Part shown: positions 20,801 to 31,140 of the stretch, one piece after another
Layout: each line of letters opens with the position of its first letter
How positions within the stretch are numbered: position 1 is the first letter of the stretch
Assembly: GCA_963662405.2 (NCBI GenBank)
Contig: CAXXKT010000001.1
Span: 2,624,001 to 2,688,000, forward strand
Origin: Syntrophales bacterium
Lineage (GTDB): Bacteria > Desulfobacterota > Syntrophia > Syntrophales > UBA2210
Length of the DNA: 64,000 nucleotides
Reading direction: 5' to 3'
Notes under the pieces: model-generated
What the model was told of the DNA's origin: nothing
What the model saw: only the letters and a program-made list of their open reading frames with translations
Database searches by the model: none
Position numbers and translations under genes: made by a program

Positions 20801-20906
20801 TTGGCGGGAAGGGATGTGAAAAAGAATAGCAAAAGAAATTAAATTGGGAAGTGTTTCTAGTTTTTATGATGGGGTGGGTGTCATTCTAGATATTTAAGGA
20901 AAAATA

Positions 20907-22727
20907 ATGAAAATTCGTCGTCTCAGAATGAAGAACTTTCGGAGTGTTGCGAACGGAGAAATTCTCTTTCCAGGTCATACCGCGGTAATCGGTGGAAATA
21001 GCGTCGGAAAATCGACGATGTGTGAAGCATTGGATTTGTGTCTTGGTCCAGATCGCTTATCCCGTTCCAATCCTATTAACGAACACGATTTTTATCAACG
21101 GCGATACATCAGTGCTGATAGTACGCCAATCCCAATTGAGCTAGAAGTGGTTCTGACAGACTTAACGTCTGATCTTGAAACAAGATTCAGAGCGCACCGT
21201 GAGTATTGGAACACTGAAACCAATTCCTTGCTTGATGAGAATGCAGAGCCTGAGGATACGGAACTTGATAACGTTATTCCTGCCATTAGAATAAAGTTTG
21301 AGGGTCTTTACGACACAGAGGAGGATGAGTTTACAGCGGAAACATTTTTTGCAAGTCCGCCTCCTGAAGATGATGTAAGCCGAGCGAGAGTAAGTCGTTC
21401 TGCAAAACGCCGTTTCGGTTTCATCTATCTGCGTGCTCTGCGCACTGGATCACGTGCGCTCAGTCTCGAACGTGGCTCACTACTCGATATAATTCTCCGT
21501 CTCAAAGATGATGATCGCTCCGCTATGTGGGAACAGACCTTAAATGCTCTTGAAGGTCTTAATCCACCAATCGACAGTATTCCGCAGCTCCGAGACGTGC
21601 TTGATGAGATTGATGGTCGGGTTCGCCGATTTGTTAATATGTCAGAGAATGATCGCGCATTTCAGCTATACCCATCATCTTTGACCCGTGATGATTTGCG
21701 TAAATCCATTACTCTATTCGGGGCGTCCGCCCGATCAAACGCACATGTTCCATACTGGCGTTTAGGGTCAGGTGTGATTAATGCGCTCGTTTTCTCATTG
21801 CTCACATTTATCGCTGAACTAAAAGTAAATGTGATTTTCGCTATGGAAGAACCAGAAATAGCAATACCACCGCATACACAAAGGCGAATTGTCCAATTCC
21901 TGCAAAAAAATATGGATCAATCAATTCTCACGACACATTCGCCCTTTGTTCTCGAACAGTTTAATCCTGAGAACGTTGTATTGCTGGAACGTGATACCAA
22001 CGGTTCACTTGGAGGCCGCCAGATTGAAGTTAGCGGCATCAAGGGTAAAACCTATCGAGGTAATCTACGGCGTATTCTTGCGGAATCAATGCTCGGTAAC
22101 GGTGTCATTTGTGTTGAGGGAGTGTCTGATGCAGAAGTGTTGTATGCGGCTTCAAATGTATTGGAAAGTTACCGTGATGAATTATCGTACACGCCTTTGG
22201 ATTTGTCGGGTGTGACTGTAGTTCAGTGTGAAGGAGATGGAGGTATCCTCCGTTATGGGCAATTTTTCAAAGGCCTCGGGGTGAAAACTTATGCTTTCTA
22301 CGATCTTCAAAAAAATGTAGCAATCAAAAATGATATTGAAGATCTTTTTGATGGTGTATGGGAGCTTGAGCATACTGGCATAGAGTACCTCTTGGCCGAA
22401 GAAACAAATATTGATGCTGTTCGCGCTTTCTTAGAGGACGCTAGTACTTGGGATGATTACCCATCCAACAGAGAAAGACCAGAACTCTACGAGTACGATG
22501 AAGATCTCGATAATGATGATACTCGAGCCATTACCAAACGGGTTCTAAAGCGGAGAAAAGGATCTGGATACGCCGAAAAATTGGTGGAGATGTGTAGCGC
22601 CGAAAATTTGCCGGAGATTATCAGCACCGCACTTAATGCCATTAGCGAAGACCTACCAAATGCCATGGTCAGAGACGATACGGATGGCGGCGACGAAGCC
22701 ACCGAAGACTTGGATACTGATGCATGA
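20907..22727 (+). CDS. gajA: Gabija GajA-like OLD-family ATPase/TOPRIM nuclease
   Basis: GGNSVGKST, LGSG, MEEPE, TTHS, VEGVSD; overlaps UvrD gene. Confidence 0.8.
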   Translation: MKIRRLRMKNFRSVANGEILFPGHTAVIGGNSVGKSTMCEALDLCLGPDRLSRSNPINEHDFYQRRYISADSTPIPIELEVVLTDLTSDLETRFRAHREYWNTETNSLLDENAEPEDTELDNVIPAIRIKFEGLYDTEEDEFTAETFFASPPPEDDVSRARVSRSAKRRFGFIYLRALRTGSRALSLERGSLLDIILRLKDDDRSAMWEQTLNALEGLNPPIDSIPQLRDVLDEIDGRVRRFVNMSENDRAFQLYPSSLTRDDLRKSITLFGASARSNAHVPYWRLGSGVINALVFSLLTFIAELKVNVIFAMEEPEIAIPPHTQRRIVQFLQKNMDQSILTTHSPFVLEQFNPENVVLLERDTNGSLGGRQIEVSGIKGKTYRGNLRRILAESMLGNGVICVEGVSDAEVLYAASNVLESYRDELSYTPLDLSGVTVVQCEGDGGILRYGQFFKGLGVKTYAFYDLQKNVAIKNDIEDLFDGVWELEHTGIEYLLAEETNIDAVRAFLEDASTWDDYPSNRERPELYEYDEDLDNDDTRAITKRVLKRRKGSGYAEKLVEMCSAENLPEIISTALNAISEDLPNAMVRDDTDGGDEATEDLDTDA

Positions 22728-24469
22728 ACGAATGCAATCCAGAAGATAGTTTCGACATTTGCGAAAAGCGACGTGCCATTCTGGAAGGCGATGGGCATAT
22801 GTTGGTTATTGGCGGTCCGGGATCTGGAAAGACAACTATCGCATTACTTAAAGCAAGACGCTACGTATTAGAAAGCTTGATGGCGGAGCAGAGCGTTCTA
22901 TTCCTCAGTTTCTCGAATTCAGCAATCCGTAGGATTCTCGAAAGTGCAGGCGGAATATTGTCATCAGACATTGCCAAGCGCGTTGAAATTAAAACTTATC
23001 ATTCCTTTGCGTGGGATGTTTTGAAATCTCATGGATATCTGACATCAAAAAAGAGGAGGCTAAGTATCGTTTCAGCACAAGATGCTGCCGTAAGAGAGGC
23101 GGGCTTGAATAAAGACTTATGGCTTACCGAGCAGGAACGGTTATACATTGAAGATGGATTAGTGACCTATGACCAGTTTGCCCCTCGTGCCGCTGAAATT
23201 TTGAATCGCTCAAGTGCGGCGAAAGCCTGTTTTAATGCCGCCCATCCCTTAATCCTTGTGGATGAATTCCAAGATACCGATGAAGCCCAATGGGCGCTTA
23301 TTCGTGCTTTGAGTACAGGATCAAGCATTATTGCGCTCGGCGACAAAGAGCAGCGAATATATGAATGGCGCGACGGTGTTTCGGAGCATCGTTTGTCTGA
23401 GTTTGGCGATGAGTTGAACGTCCCAGTATTTGACTTTCAGAATGAAAATAATCGCAGTCCGGCAACTGGTATTGTTGGATATGCCCGATCTCTCTTGTCC
23501 CCCGATGTCGTGCAAGAACTTCCAGCCGATATCGAAAGAAAAGCGTTTCAGCCCGGCATGTTCCCAGTTGGACTTAGGCTTTGCGTTAGCCGAACGTGGG
23601 GTGAAACAAAAAAAAGAGCAGAGAAAAGAGATATCAAAATTGCGATTGCGGCGCGAAGTAAACAGATGGTGAGAAAAATATCTGATGTACTGGCAAAACC
23701 TATCATGATTAAAAATAAAAAGTACAAACCGATTCATCATGACGTATTGTTTGATCAAATGCAGATCGTCTTAGCAGCACGTGTTATCGCAAATGTTATG
23801 GGAAGTACTCATCTCTCATGGGACCAACGTATATCGCAATGTCTTCGTAGAATGGCCGACATGTTACGCGCGGCCAACAACGCCACAAACATCCAAAACT
23901 CTGACGTGTTACAAAACTGGGCGCAAAAATGTGACGACGGTAAGCCTCCTAAGACTAAATGTGTTGCGGCTCTTGTCGAAATTATTGAAGCTATTGAGAA
24001 TGATGGATTTTCAGGCTCTCCGACCAGAGATTGGCTAATGGTCCGACAGGCATTTGAGAGGGCGAGCGTTGACCACTTGACGAAGACAGCTGAGTTTGCT
24101 CGTTACTTACGACTACTTCGGCGCGGTTCATTAATAGAAGAGGAGCTAACAAGTTTGTGGCGGACGAGTGGTAATTATCTAGGCGCTGAGGAGGCTTTAG
24201 ATCGAGCCATTCTACAAGATCAGCTACTCGATTCTCGTAAAGAGTCAGCGAGTATTTCAGTGATGACCATGCACCAATTGAAAGGCCGAGAGTATGACGG
24301 AGTGTTGCTTGTTGAAGACCAATATAATAACTTTAGGGGACGGGATGTGAAACGGCCTTACATGGAAACCCGTCGCCTGTTACAGGTTTCTTTGACGCGA
24401 GCGAAACATTTCGCATTGGTTCTGTCAGCAACGAAAAATGCGACTTTGGATGTGATCTTTGATAATTAA
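22724..24469 (+). CDS. gajB: Gabija GajB-like UvrD helicase
   Basis: GGPGSGKT, VDEFQD, GDKEQRIY, TMHQLKGREYD, SLTRA. Confidence 0.8.
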   Translation: MNECNPEDSFDICEKRRAILEGDGHMLVIGGPGSGKTTIALLKARRYVLESLMAEQSVLFLSFSNSAIRRILESAGGILSSDIAKRVEIKTYHSFAWDVLKSHGYLTSKKRRLSIVSAQDAAVREAGLNKDLWLTEQERLYIEDGLVTYDQFAPRAAEILNRSSAAKACFNAAHPLILVDEFQDTDEAQWALIRALSTGSSIIALGDKEQRIYEWRDGVSEHRLSEFGDELNVPVFDFQNENNRSPATGIVGYARSLLSPDVVQELPADIERKAFQPGMFPVGLRLCVSRTWGETKKRAEKRDIKIAIAARSKQMVRKISDVLAKPIMIKNKKYKPIHHDVLFDQMQIVLAARVIANVMGSTHLSWDQRISQCLRRMADMLRAANNATNIQNSDVLQNWAQKCDDGKPPKTKCVAALVEIIEAIENDGFSGSPTRDWLMVRQAFERASVDHLTKTAEFARYLRLLRRGSLIEEELTSLWRTSGNYLGAEEALDRAILQDQLLDSRKESASISVMTMHQLKGREYDGVLLVEDQYNNFRGRDVKRPYMETRRLLQVSLTRAKHFALVLSATKNATLDVIFDN

Positions 24470-24470
24470 A

Positions 24471-24561
24471 GTATAACGTCCAAGGTCACTTGCGCCGCCT
24501 AAGACCCTTCCGCGTCAGCGCCGCAGATGTTAACGGCGTCAAGTGAACCGTCTGGTTCGGC
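24471..24561 (-). other. attC site (minus strand)
   Basis: GCCGAAC..GGTT[C]ACTTG[A]CGCCG..CGGCGCAAGTGACC..GTTATAC; extrahelical bases set orientation. Confidence 0.85.
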
Positions 24562-24566
24562 AATTC

Positions 24567-25010
24567 CTATAAATGCTTTATTTCAATGGCACCAAATTGA
24601 TCTTTTAAATATTCACTTACCAAACGACGATGGCATTTTTCAGGAGTAGGTTCACTACACAAAAAACAAGCATTATTAAGTTCTTCAAGAGATATTTTTT
24701 TCTCGATTTTGCGTTCTTTAATCAGTTTGCTAAAACGCTGTACATACTCATCCCAATCAATTTGCTTTTTCTTGTATGCATCAAGAATTTCCTTTGTTGG
24801 TGCAAAATCGGGCATGTGTTTATAGTCACAGTCGCAAAGCTCTCTTAAAAAGAAGATGAGGTCATCTCGTTTTGCAAAACCAGCAAGTTGAGAAACATTG
24901 TTCAACCGAATATCGATGAGTTTAGTAACGCCGGCGTTACGTATTTTGGAGAAGAATGTTTTCGCGCTTTTTTTTGTGAATCCAATAGTATACAGGTTTG
25001 TTTTTGACAT
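24567..25010 (-). CDS. DUF488-family protein
   Basis: YTIGF, IDIRL, LCSE..PEKCHR. Confidence 0.8.
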   Translation of the reverse strand: MSKTNLYTIGFTKKSAKTFFSKIRNAGVTKLIDIRLNNVSQLAGFAKRDDLIFFLRELCDCDYKHMPDFAPTKEILDAYKKKQIDWDEYVQRFSKLIKERKIEKKISLEELNNACFLCSEPTPEKCHRRLVSEYLKDQFGAIEIKHL

Positions 25011-25618
25011 TATTTATCCTTGTACTCGGATGTCGGTTCAGCTGTTTCGTATGCAATTTTTTCACCTTGCCGCATGTATGCATCATTCAACCTTTGTTGC
25101 TCGCTACGAAACATTTCCGGTTGATTTAAACCAAAAATTTTAAGCAACCTCTGCTCACTATCTTTGTGGTCTTCGGTTATCCAATTACTCATAATATGTT
25201 TGATATTAATTCCCCTATCAGACAGATTCCGACAAATCAAAATAGTTCTATGGCATGTAATGGGGTCTTTTTCTGCGCACATAAGGGCTATGCGATACTT
25301 TTCCATGCCTTTAGTTATTCTTTTTAATCCTTCCTTGAATTTGGGACTTTCCGCCACAAGGGTGAAATCTACTTTCCCATTAACATAACAAGATGGATCT
25401 TCAACTCGTGCCCCGCACAAGTCTCCTAAAAACACGTAAGCGATACCATGTTTATTGAGAAATCTTGAAAGGTTTTCTTTGTTGAATTCCGGCTTAAACT
25501 GGCTATATGGCGATGACCGAACATCTGCGACCGCAGTTATTTTGTGTTTATTCAAAACACGCAGGAATGAATCAAGTATGTGGGGGGAGTAGCCTATTGT
25601 GAATAATACATTGCCCAT
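25010..25618 (-). CDS. DUF488-family protein
   Basis: FTIGYS, DVRSSP, LMCAEKDPITCHR. Confidence 0.82.
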   Translation of the reverse strand: MGNVLFTIGYSPHILDSFLRVLNKHKITAVADVRSSPYSQFKPEFNKENLSRFLNKHGIAYVFLGDLCGARVEDPSCYVNGKVDFTLVAESPKFKEGLKRITKGMEKYRIALMCAEKDPITCHRTILICRNLSDRGINIKHIMSNWITEDHKDSEQRLLKIFGLNQPEMFRSEQQRLNDAYMRQGEKIAYETAEPTSEYKDK

Positions 25619-25630
25619 AATTTACCACTA

Positions 25631-26329
25631 TTACGAATAACATCTTATTTCTTCAAGATATTCAGGGAATAAATAGATTCCATTTACTTGTAACCAATAT
25701 CCGTTTCTACCGTCTGGGGATGAATACCCACGACTTAGACCGACCCTTATAAAAACTTCAGATTGCGAATGAATGAAGTGGTTAAGGTTAGAAAAATTAC
25801 CGCCCCTGTTGTTTTCAGCGTAATTGTAAAATCCTAAATCAGTTATACCGAGATACCGGAACTCCTGACCTGAACTATCTGTAACTATAATTTTGATTTT
25901 CCCTGGATTAAAAGAGTCTGGCACGATGCTGACATCTCGTGGGTCAACTGAAATTGTTATGATTGATTTCTGGGGTGGGTTGTCGATAGGTATATATTTC
26001 TGCCCGGAAGGAATAGCAACAGAAAAACCTTCTTGGACATTTGGGCTTTCAGTCGCCATTAATACCGACTTAAATTCCTCAGTGCTACATGGACCATTAA
26101 AAGTTAGACTTCCCCTATAACTTCTGTCTTCAGTATGTGGAGCAGAACACGACATAGGCACAAAATTACCCTCCAATTTGGCACCTGGAAGGATATTCAA
26201 GCTGCGACATTCGGTTGTAGCTAGGTACGGCAAAGGCCTAATGCATTCATTTGTATCTGGATTTATCCCTGCAATACAAACAATATCCTGCCTCGAAAAT
26301 CTGGTAAGATCTGTAATGATTATTCCCAT
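25631..26329 (-). CDS. Dual OB-fold-like protein
   Basis: VCIAGI..IRP, PHTED, ITD, RVGLSR motifs; typical partner of DUF488 genes. Confidence 0.6.
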   Translation of the reverse strand: MGIIITDLTRFSRQDIVCIAGINPDTNECIRPLPYLATTECRSLNILPGAKLEGNFVPMSCSAPHTEDRSYRGSLTFNGPCSTEEFKSVLMATESPNVQEGFSVAIPSGQKYIPIDNPPQKSIITISVDPRDVSIVPDSFNPGKIKIIVTDSSGQEFRYLGITDLGFYNYAENNRGGNFSNLNHFIHSQSEVFIRVGLSRGYSSPDGRNGYWLQVNGIYLFPEYLEEIRCYS

Positions 26330-26341
26330 AATTTATTTCCT

Positions 26342-26360
26342 GCCGAACAATTAGTATACC
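26342..26360 (-). other. attI-like entry site of minus-strand cassette
   Basis: GGTATAC-TAATT-GTTCGGC; GTTCGGC complements the cassette's GCCGAAC; no attC hairpin upstream. Confidence 0.5.
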
Positions 26361-26947
26361 AACCAACTTGATTTTCCCCGATTTACTCAAGAATTGTTGC
26401 TCTTTTTCAAAAAGAATGCAAAGAAAAAAGTGCTTAAATATCAAGCAAAATGAACTTTTGACACTTGGTGCTTTATAGTAATATGCCGCTTGATCCACGT
26501 TGGTATATCAAAGGAGATTTGTCCAGTGTAAAGGATATCGACATTAATGTATATTGTTTGAAATAGTATATGCTCTGAAGAATTATCAAATGCTTTCTTC
26601 CAGGAGGGAGCAGATAATCTACATGAACCTAGAATGTGCAGCCCGAGTTGTGCATCTTTCAACCCGCATTCAATAAGGTTGACCGACGAATTGTGGTAAT
26701 GACTTGTATTTGAAGTCTCGCATCGTTTCGACAAAGTCAAGATTCACGACTACAGGCAGCTATACAACTTGCTTGAAGCTCGATGGTTATACAGAAGAAT
26801 TCCCTTCAAAATAGCTACGGCAAACCCTGAAGCAGTGGAAGAAGCCCTTTCTGCATGAACGAAAGATATTGGCCAACATACTGCCGATAGGGACTCGCAA
26901 AAACCGCGCGTCCCACAGCAGTACGTTGAAAATAACAAACCTGGAAG

Positions 26948-27249
26948 ATGGGTATACAAAATAACCTAAAGTCAGTTCTCATCCGCGAGGGGCTCACGCA
27001 GGCAGAACTTTCCCGGGCGTGTCAACCGGAACCATCAATCGCGTTCTGAACCGGCAAAGTTCAGTAGCCTTGATAACTATGTCCAAGATTGTCATGGCTT
27101 TCAACATGCCATCTGACAATAAGTACAGCATCAGGGACGTCTTCCCCGCGTGCAGGAGCGAGATTTCCCGCGCCACTCAATCGCCCGATCGCGTAATGCC
27201 CGGAGTCCTCACTTCCCCCCGTCCACTGTCCGGGCCTATAGCCCTTTGA
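26948..27249 (+). pseudogene. Frameshifted XRE-family HTH regulator
   Basis: MGIQNNLKSVLIREGLTQAELSRA continues as VSTGTINRVLN in another frame near 27018. Confidence 0.6.
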
Positions 27250-27258
27250 GAAGGTTTC

Positions 27259-27687
27259 TTATGTAAGGCGGCGAGGGGGTGGCGACGGCGGAGGTTCTTT
27301 CGGAAACGGCGACCAGTTGCCCCTGAGGGCGATCCTGTGGGCATCCTCTATCGTCGGGGCACAGCCTCTGCAGAGATAGCGCAATACTCCCCCGTTACGT
27401 CCATGGTATGGACCCGTAACAAACGACCACCCCCATGTTCGCCGAAACTCCTGTTTGCACACAACGCACTGACGCCAGAACAACAGGGGGAACCTCACGG
27501 AGATGCCGTGCTCATATCGTTCCTTGGGTTCACGCTTCACCTTTTTCCCCTCCTTTTGTCCTCTTTTCCGTTGCCAGCTCGGGACGCGTGTTCTTTCTGT
27601 TGCCTCAGATAGTGTGTCGGCATCCTGAGTGAGGGCCGCCGCGATCACTTCAGGGTAGGCTTGAACGTGCAAAAAGGAAGCGTTCAT
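27259..27687 (-). CDS. Phage hypothetical protein with CxxC..CxxC
   Basis: ATG overlaps stop of upstream gene. Confidence 0.5.
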   Translation of the reverse strand: MNASFLHVQAYPEVIAAALTQDADTLSEATERTRVPSWQRKRGQKEGKKVKREPKERYEHGISVRFPLLFWRQCVVCKQEFRRTWGWSFVTGPYHGRNGGVLRYLCRGCAPTIEDAHRIALRGNWSPFPKEPPPSPPPRRLT

Positions 27688-28007
27688 TTCTTTCCGCTCG
27701 TATTTGCCGTTTCCTTGGCCGGCTTCTTTCCCTGATCCTTCTTCCTGTTGCTGACTTTGCGCTCCGGCCGTGTCATGAGCCGGTCGGTTATCATCTCGGC
27801 CGCCCCTTTGGGGACAATGCCTTTCAGGACGTATGAGATATACCACTGATCCACAGCGTCGGAGTCTGACAGGAGCGTCCCGCCGGGCTTTCCCGTTGAT
27901 GATACGGCCGGGAACCCGTACTCTTTGATCCACTGTCGGATCTTGTCTTCCCCCACCTCGCCCTTGAAATGATCCAGGATTGCCTTCATGCCTATCAATT
28001 TTGCCAT
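27684..28007 (-). CDS. Small winged-helix DNA-binding protein
   Basis: L.GMKAI...I..WI...GFP motif, GGAGG RBS. Confidence 0.6.
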   Translation of the reverse strand: MAKLIGMKAILDHFKGEVGEDKIRQWIKEYGFPAVSSTGKPGGTLLSDSDAVDQWYISYVLKGIVPKGAAEMITDRLMTRPERKVSNRKKDQGKKPAKETANTSGKK

Positions 28008-28009
28008 GC

Positions 28010-29920
28010 TTACCACCTCCGTGATTTAGGCTTTTTCTCTTGCGGTTCTTTCCGTGGCGCCGCTGGTACGGACGCCTGTTCTTTCTGTTGCCTCAGATAG
28101 CTTGCCAGCATCTTGAGCGAGGGCAACCATTCGCTGTCGGCGCATGCCGCCGCGATCACTTCACAGTCGAGCAGGTGGTTGTCCTTCCGGATCTGTTTCC
28201 AGTAGGTCTTGCCTCTCCGGTCCCGCCGGAACTCTTCGGCCAGGACCTGGCGCGCGTAGTCGAGACCGGTGTCCGTGTTGAGCAGGAATCGCTGTGTCTC
28301 GCCTTCTTTCCGTTCCATGCGCCAGTGCAGCAGGGCCTTGTACTGGTCGGTGTCGAGGAGTCGCAGCTCCAGACCGCCGGGAATTGGCTTGTTCGATCGG
28401 GGCAGCTTGTCGATCTGCGACACCCTGATCCGGCCTATTTGTTTGTGGGTTGCGCCCTTGGTCCCGAAAGCGCGGCCCGGTTGCTGATCTCGTATCCACT
28501 GGTAGATCTCCTCGGTACGGGTCCAGATGTTCTCTTCCGTAACGCCGCCCCCGGTATCGATGCCGGCGCGCCAGATGCCCATCGTCTCGGTCGGTTTTCC
28601 CTCGATAGGATATTGCGTGTTGAAGACGAGGTTCTCCACGTCGTCGAATGTCGTCAGGTAGCCGTACTGGACCAACCATGACGTCAGGTCGTCAGCCCAG
28701 GCGCGGACGACGAACCAGAACCCGCTTTTCTGCACGTCGATACCCGCGGTCAGGGCGACCGCGTCTTTAGGGACAATGCCGGCGGCAAGTTCGGTCCTGT
28801 CCTCGAGGAGGGCGCTTTCCTTCTTCGGGACCACCGTCTCCCGCCAGACCTCGGCCTTGTGCTGGGTGATGTAGACCATCATCTTCGACGGGTCCTCCAT
28901 CCCACGCATATAGGCGGCGACGCAAGAGGACAGGGAGACAAAGGGACTGTACCAGGACGGGAGATGGAACCCGATGACCGGGGCGCGTTCCACCGGGCTG
29001 TCCGGGATCCAGCCGTAAAACGAATCGGGGTTCCCGAGCCCGTTCAGGACGGCCTTGTTGCGCAGATGATCATCCCACAGCATCCCGCATGATTCGCACT
29101 GGTAGTGCGCCAGGCGCCCGCGGACGATCTCCCGGGGATCGTTGCAGGTCTTCGGCCAGTTGATCTGTCCGAAGTGCATCACCTGGGGGGCCCTGCAGAC
29201 GGGGCAGACCGCGTGGTAGCGCATCAGTTCGTCGGCCTCCCTCTCGATCATGGGGCCGATGTAGCCGCTCTCGTCCGTCGGGGTCGACAGGTCGATGGTT
29301 TTTTTGGTGAAGGGGTAGGCGTTCTGCCGCTGGTCGGTGAGTGCGATGGGATCGGCTTCCTTGCCGGTGAAGTCGGGATACTTGTCCACCTCGTCCCGGA
29401 TCATGTAGCGGACCGATTCGGAGGACATCTCGGCGGCGCTGGTCGCCCAGGCCATCATGAAGTCCATGCCGTTCGTGAAATTGACATGCAGGGTCGTCGT
29501 GTCGGAAACGCCGGGCCCCAGGAGTTCGGCTATCCGGGACGTGGATCTGAACATGGGGAGAATCCGCCGGCGGGCGATCCGCTTGGTCACCTTCTCGTCG
29601 GGCATGATGTACATGCAGGGGCCGGGATCCTGGTCGATCCACTGGCAGAGGGCGTTGAAGGCGACCTGTGTCTTGCCCGTCTGGGGCGCGAACATGAGGA
29701 TGATCCGCCTGACATGGGGCTGACTGATCGCGTTCATGGGGCCGACCAGGTAGGGCGTGGTCGTGTTCTGCCAGAGTCCGGTCATGGGACCGTTCGTGAC
29801 GATGCGGTACCGCTCGGCCCACTCGGATACGGCCAGGCGTTCCCGGAGACGAAAGACGCGCCTCTCTCCCGGGGTGAAGGTGACGGTGTCATGGTTTTTC
29901 AATACGGGAGCCGTGTTCAT
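28010..29920 (-). CDS. terL: Terminase large subunit, lambda GpA family
   Basis: TPYL, QTGKT, DEVD, STPT, AGIDVQ, DNHLLDC. Confidence 0.93.
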   Translation of the reverse strand: MNTAPVLKNHDTVTFTPGERRVFRLRERLAVSEWAERYRIVTNGPMTGLWQNTTTPYLVGPMNAISQPHVRRIILMFAPQTGKTQVAFNALCQWIDQDPGPCMYIMPDEKVTKRIARRRILPMFRSTSRIAELLGPGVSDTTTLHVNFTNGMDFMMAWATSAAEMSSESVRYMIRDEVDKYPDFTGKEADPIALTDQRQNAYPFTKKTIDLSTPTDESGYIGPMIEREADELMRYHAVCPVCRAPQVMHFGQINWPKTCNDPREIVRGRLAHYQCESCGMLWDDHLRNKAVLNGLGNPDSFYGWIPDSPVERAPVIGFHLPSWYSPFVSLSSCVAAYMRGMEDPSKMMVYITQHKAEVWRETVVPKKESALLEDRTELAAGIVPKDAVALTAGIDVQKSGFWFVVRAWADDLTSWLVQYGYLTTFDDVENLVFNTQYPIEGKPTETMGIWRAGIDTGGGVTEENIWTRTEEIYQWIRDQQPGRAFGTKGATHKQIGRIRVSQIDKLPRSNKPIPGGLELRLLDTDQYKALLHWRMERKEGETQRFLLNTDTGLDYARQVLAEEFRRDRRGKTYWKQIRKDNHLLDCEVIAAACADSEWLPSLKMLASYLRQQKEQASVPAAPRKEPQEKKPKSRRW

Positions 29921-30816
29921 TCATCGTCCTCCATCTCTTCATCTCTCTCATCGTCTGTTTCATCTTCCCGTGTTTCATTCTCTTGTCCGGGGGGCGGCAG
30001 AACCACCCGGAAGGTCCGCTCCTCGCTGTAGCGGGCCAGGAACGATTCGAAACGGCCGAGAAGCCATTCGATCAGATCCGGTATCGTGTCGGCATTGCCG
30101 GCGGCGCGGTTCACGATCTCGGATGCCTCGGCCCGCGCAAAGGTCTCCAGGTCGTTCCGGAAGACGGCGGCGCGTTTCGCCAGTTCTCCCTCGAACAGGT
30201 CCTTCGGCACGTAGGCGCCGGTGAACATCTCCGCCTTCATCGTCCAGTGCCGCGCCTGGGCCTTGGTCTTTTCGATCTCCGCGTGCAGTTTTTCCTGCTG
30301 CAGCTTCTCAAGTTTTTCTGAAGCGCTCCCGTCGGCCCGCTTCAGATAGGTCTGCGCATATCGGTCGACCTCATCGATCCGGTAGGTACCGTCGGCCTCG
30401 CATCGGAGTTTCCCCTCCTTTTTGTGCTTGTACACGGCGGACTTCCTGACCTTCCACCCCTGATCCCTGAGGTAGTCGGCCACCGCCAGGGTGTTGGCAA
30501 GGGTCGGAGAATGGCCAAGGTATTTCTCGGACAGGACCACCAGTTGCTGTTCCAGGGCGGACTCCGCCTTCTGCCAGTCGTTGAGGCGGGCGGAGGTGGA
30601 TTCCGCCTGATAGTCCCGGATGCATTTCACGACGGCGTTGTGCAGGACCTTCAACGCTATCTGGTCCTGTTCGTCGGCAACCTCCAGCAGTCTCTTTACC
30701 TTTTCCTGGTCCATCTTCCCGTCCGGGATCGCCTGGCAGATCATCCGGGCGCGCTGTGCGTTGCTCGCGCGCTTCCAGTCGTCGGAGACGATCCGATTCT
30801 CTTTTCCCTTTACCAT
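29917..30816 (-). CDS. Terminase small subunit-like protein
   Basis: HTH plus coiled coil directly upstream of and overlapping terL. Confidence 0.65.
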   Translation of the reverse strand: MVKGKENRIVSDDWKRASNAQRARMICQAIPDGKMDQEKVKRLLEVADEQDQIALKVLHNAVVKCIRDYQAESTSARLNDWQKAESALEQQLVVLSEKYLGHSPTLANTLAVADYLRDQGWKVRKSAVYKHKKEGKLRCEADGTYRIDEVDRYAQTYLKRADGSASEKLEKLQQEKLHAEIEKTKAQARHWTMKAEMFTGAYVPKDLFEGELAKRAAVFRNDLETFARAEASEIVNRAAGNADTIPDLIEWLLGRFESFLARYSEERTFRVVLPPPGQENETREDETDDERDEEMEDDE

Positions 30817-31119
30817 TTACATGAGGCCCCTTTCGTGGTATCGGCACTCACGTGGATGGTAGCGCTTCGGCGCCCTGTGTCCCTGGCACAGGTTTACGGG
30901 AGTTGCACCTCCCGGAATACCGTCCACCCTGCTTTTTCCCTTCAATACAAACCGTCAGTTATCTCTTTCGGATCTCACCTCCTCCCGATCGGCATTCCCT
31001 TTTGCCATTTACATAGGAGAATCGTTCGTGGTACAGAGACTCACGTGGACAGCAGCGCCGTGATGCCCTGTTCTCTACCCCAGGTATTCCGGGAGTTTCC
31101 CAACAGCTCCCGGAATACC
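30813..31119. repeat. Diverged ~110-bp direct repeat with hairpins (30813-30921, 31005-31119)
   Basis: Shared CCATTTACAT, TTCGTGGTA, ACTCACGTGGA, GCCCTG, CGGGAGTT..CTCCCGGAATACC. Confidence 0.8.
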
Positions 31120-31140
31120 CTCCTTTCTTCCTTTTTCGCT

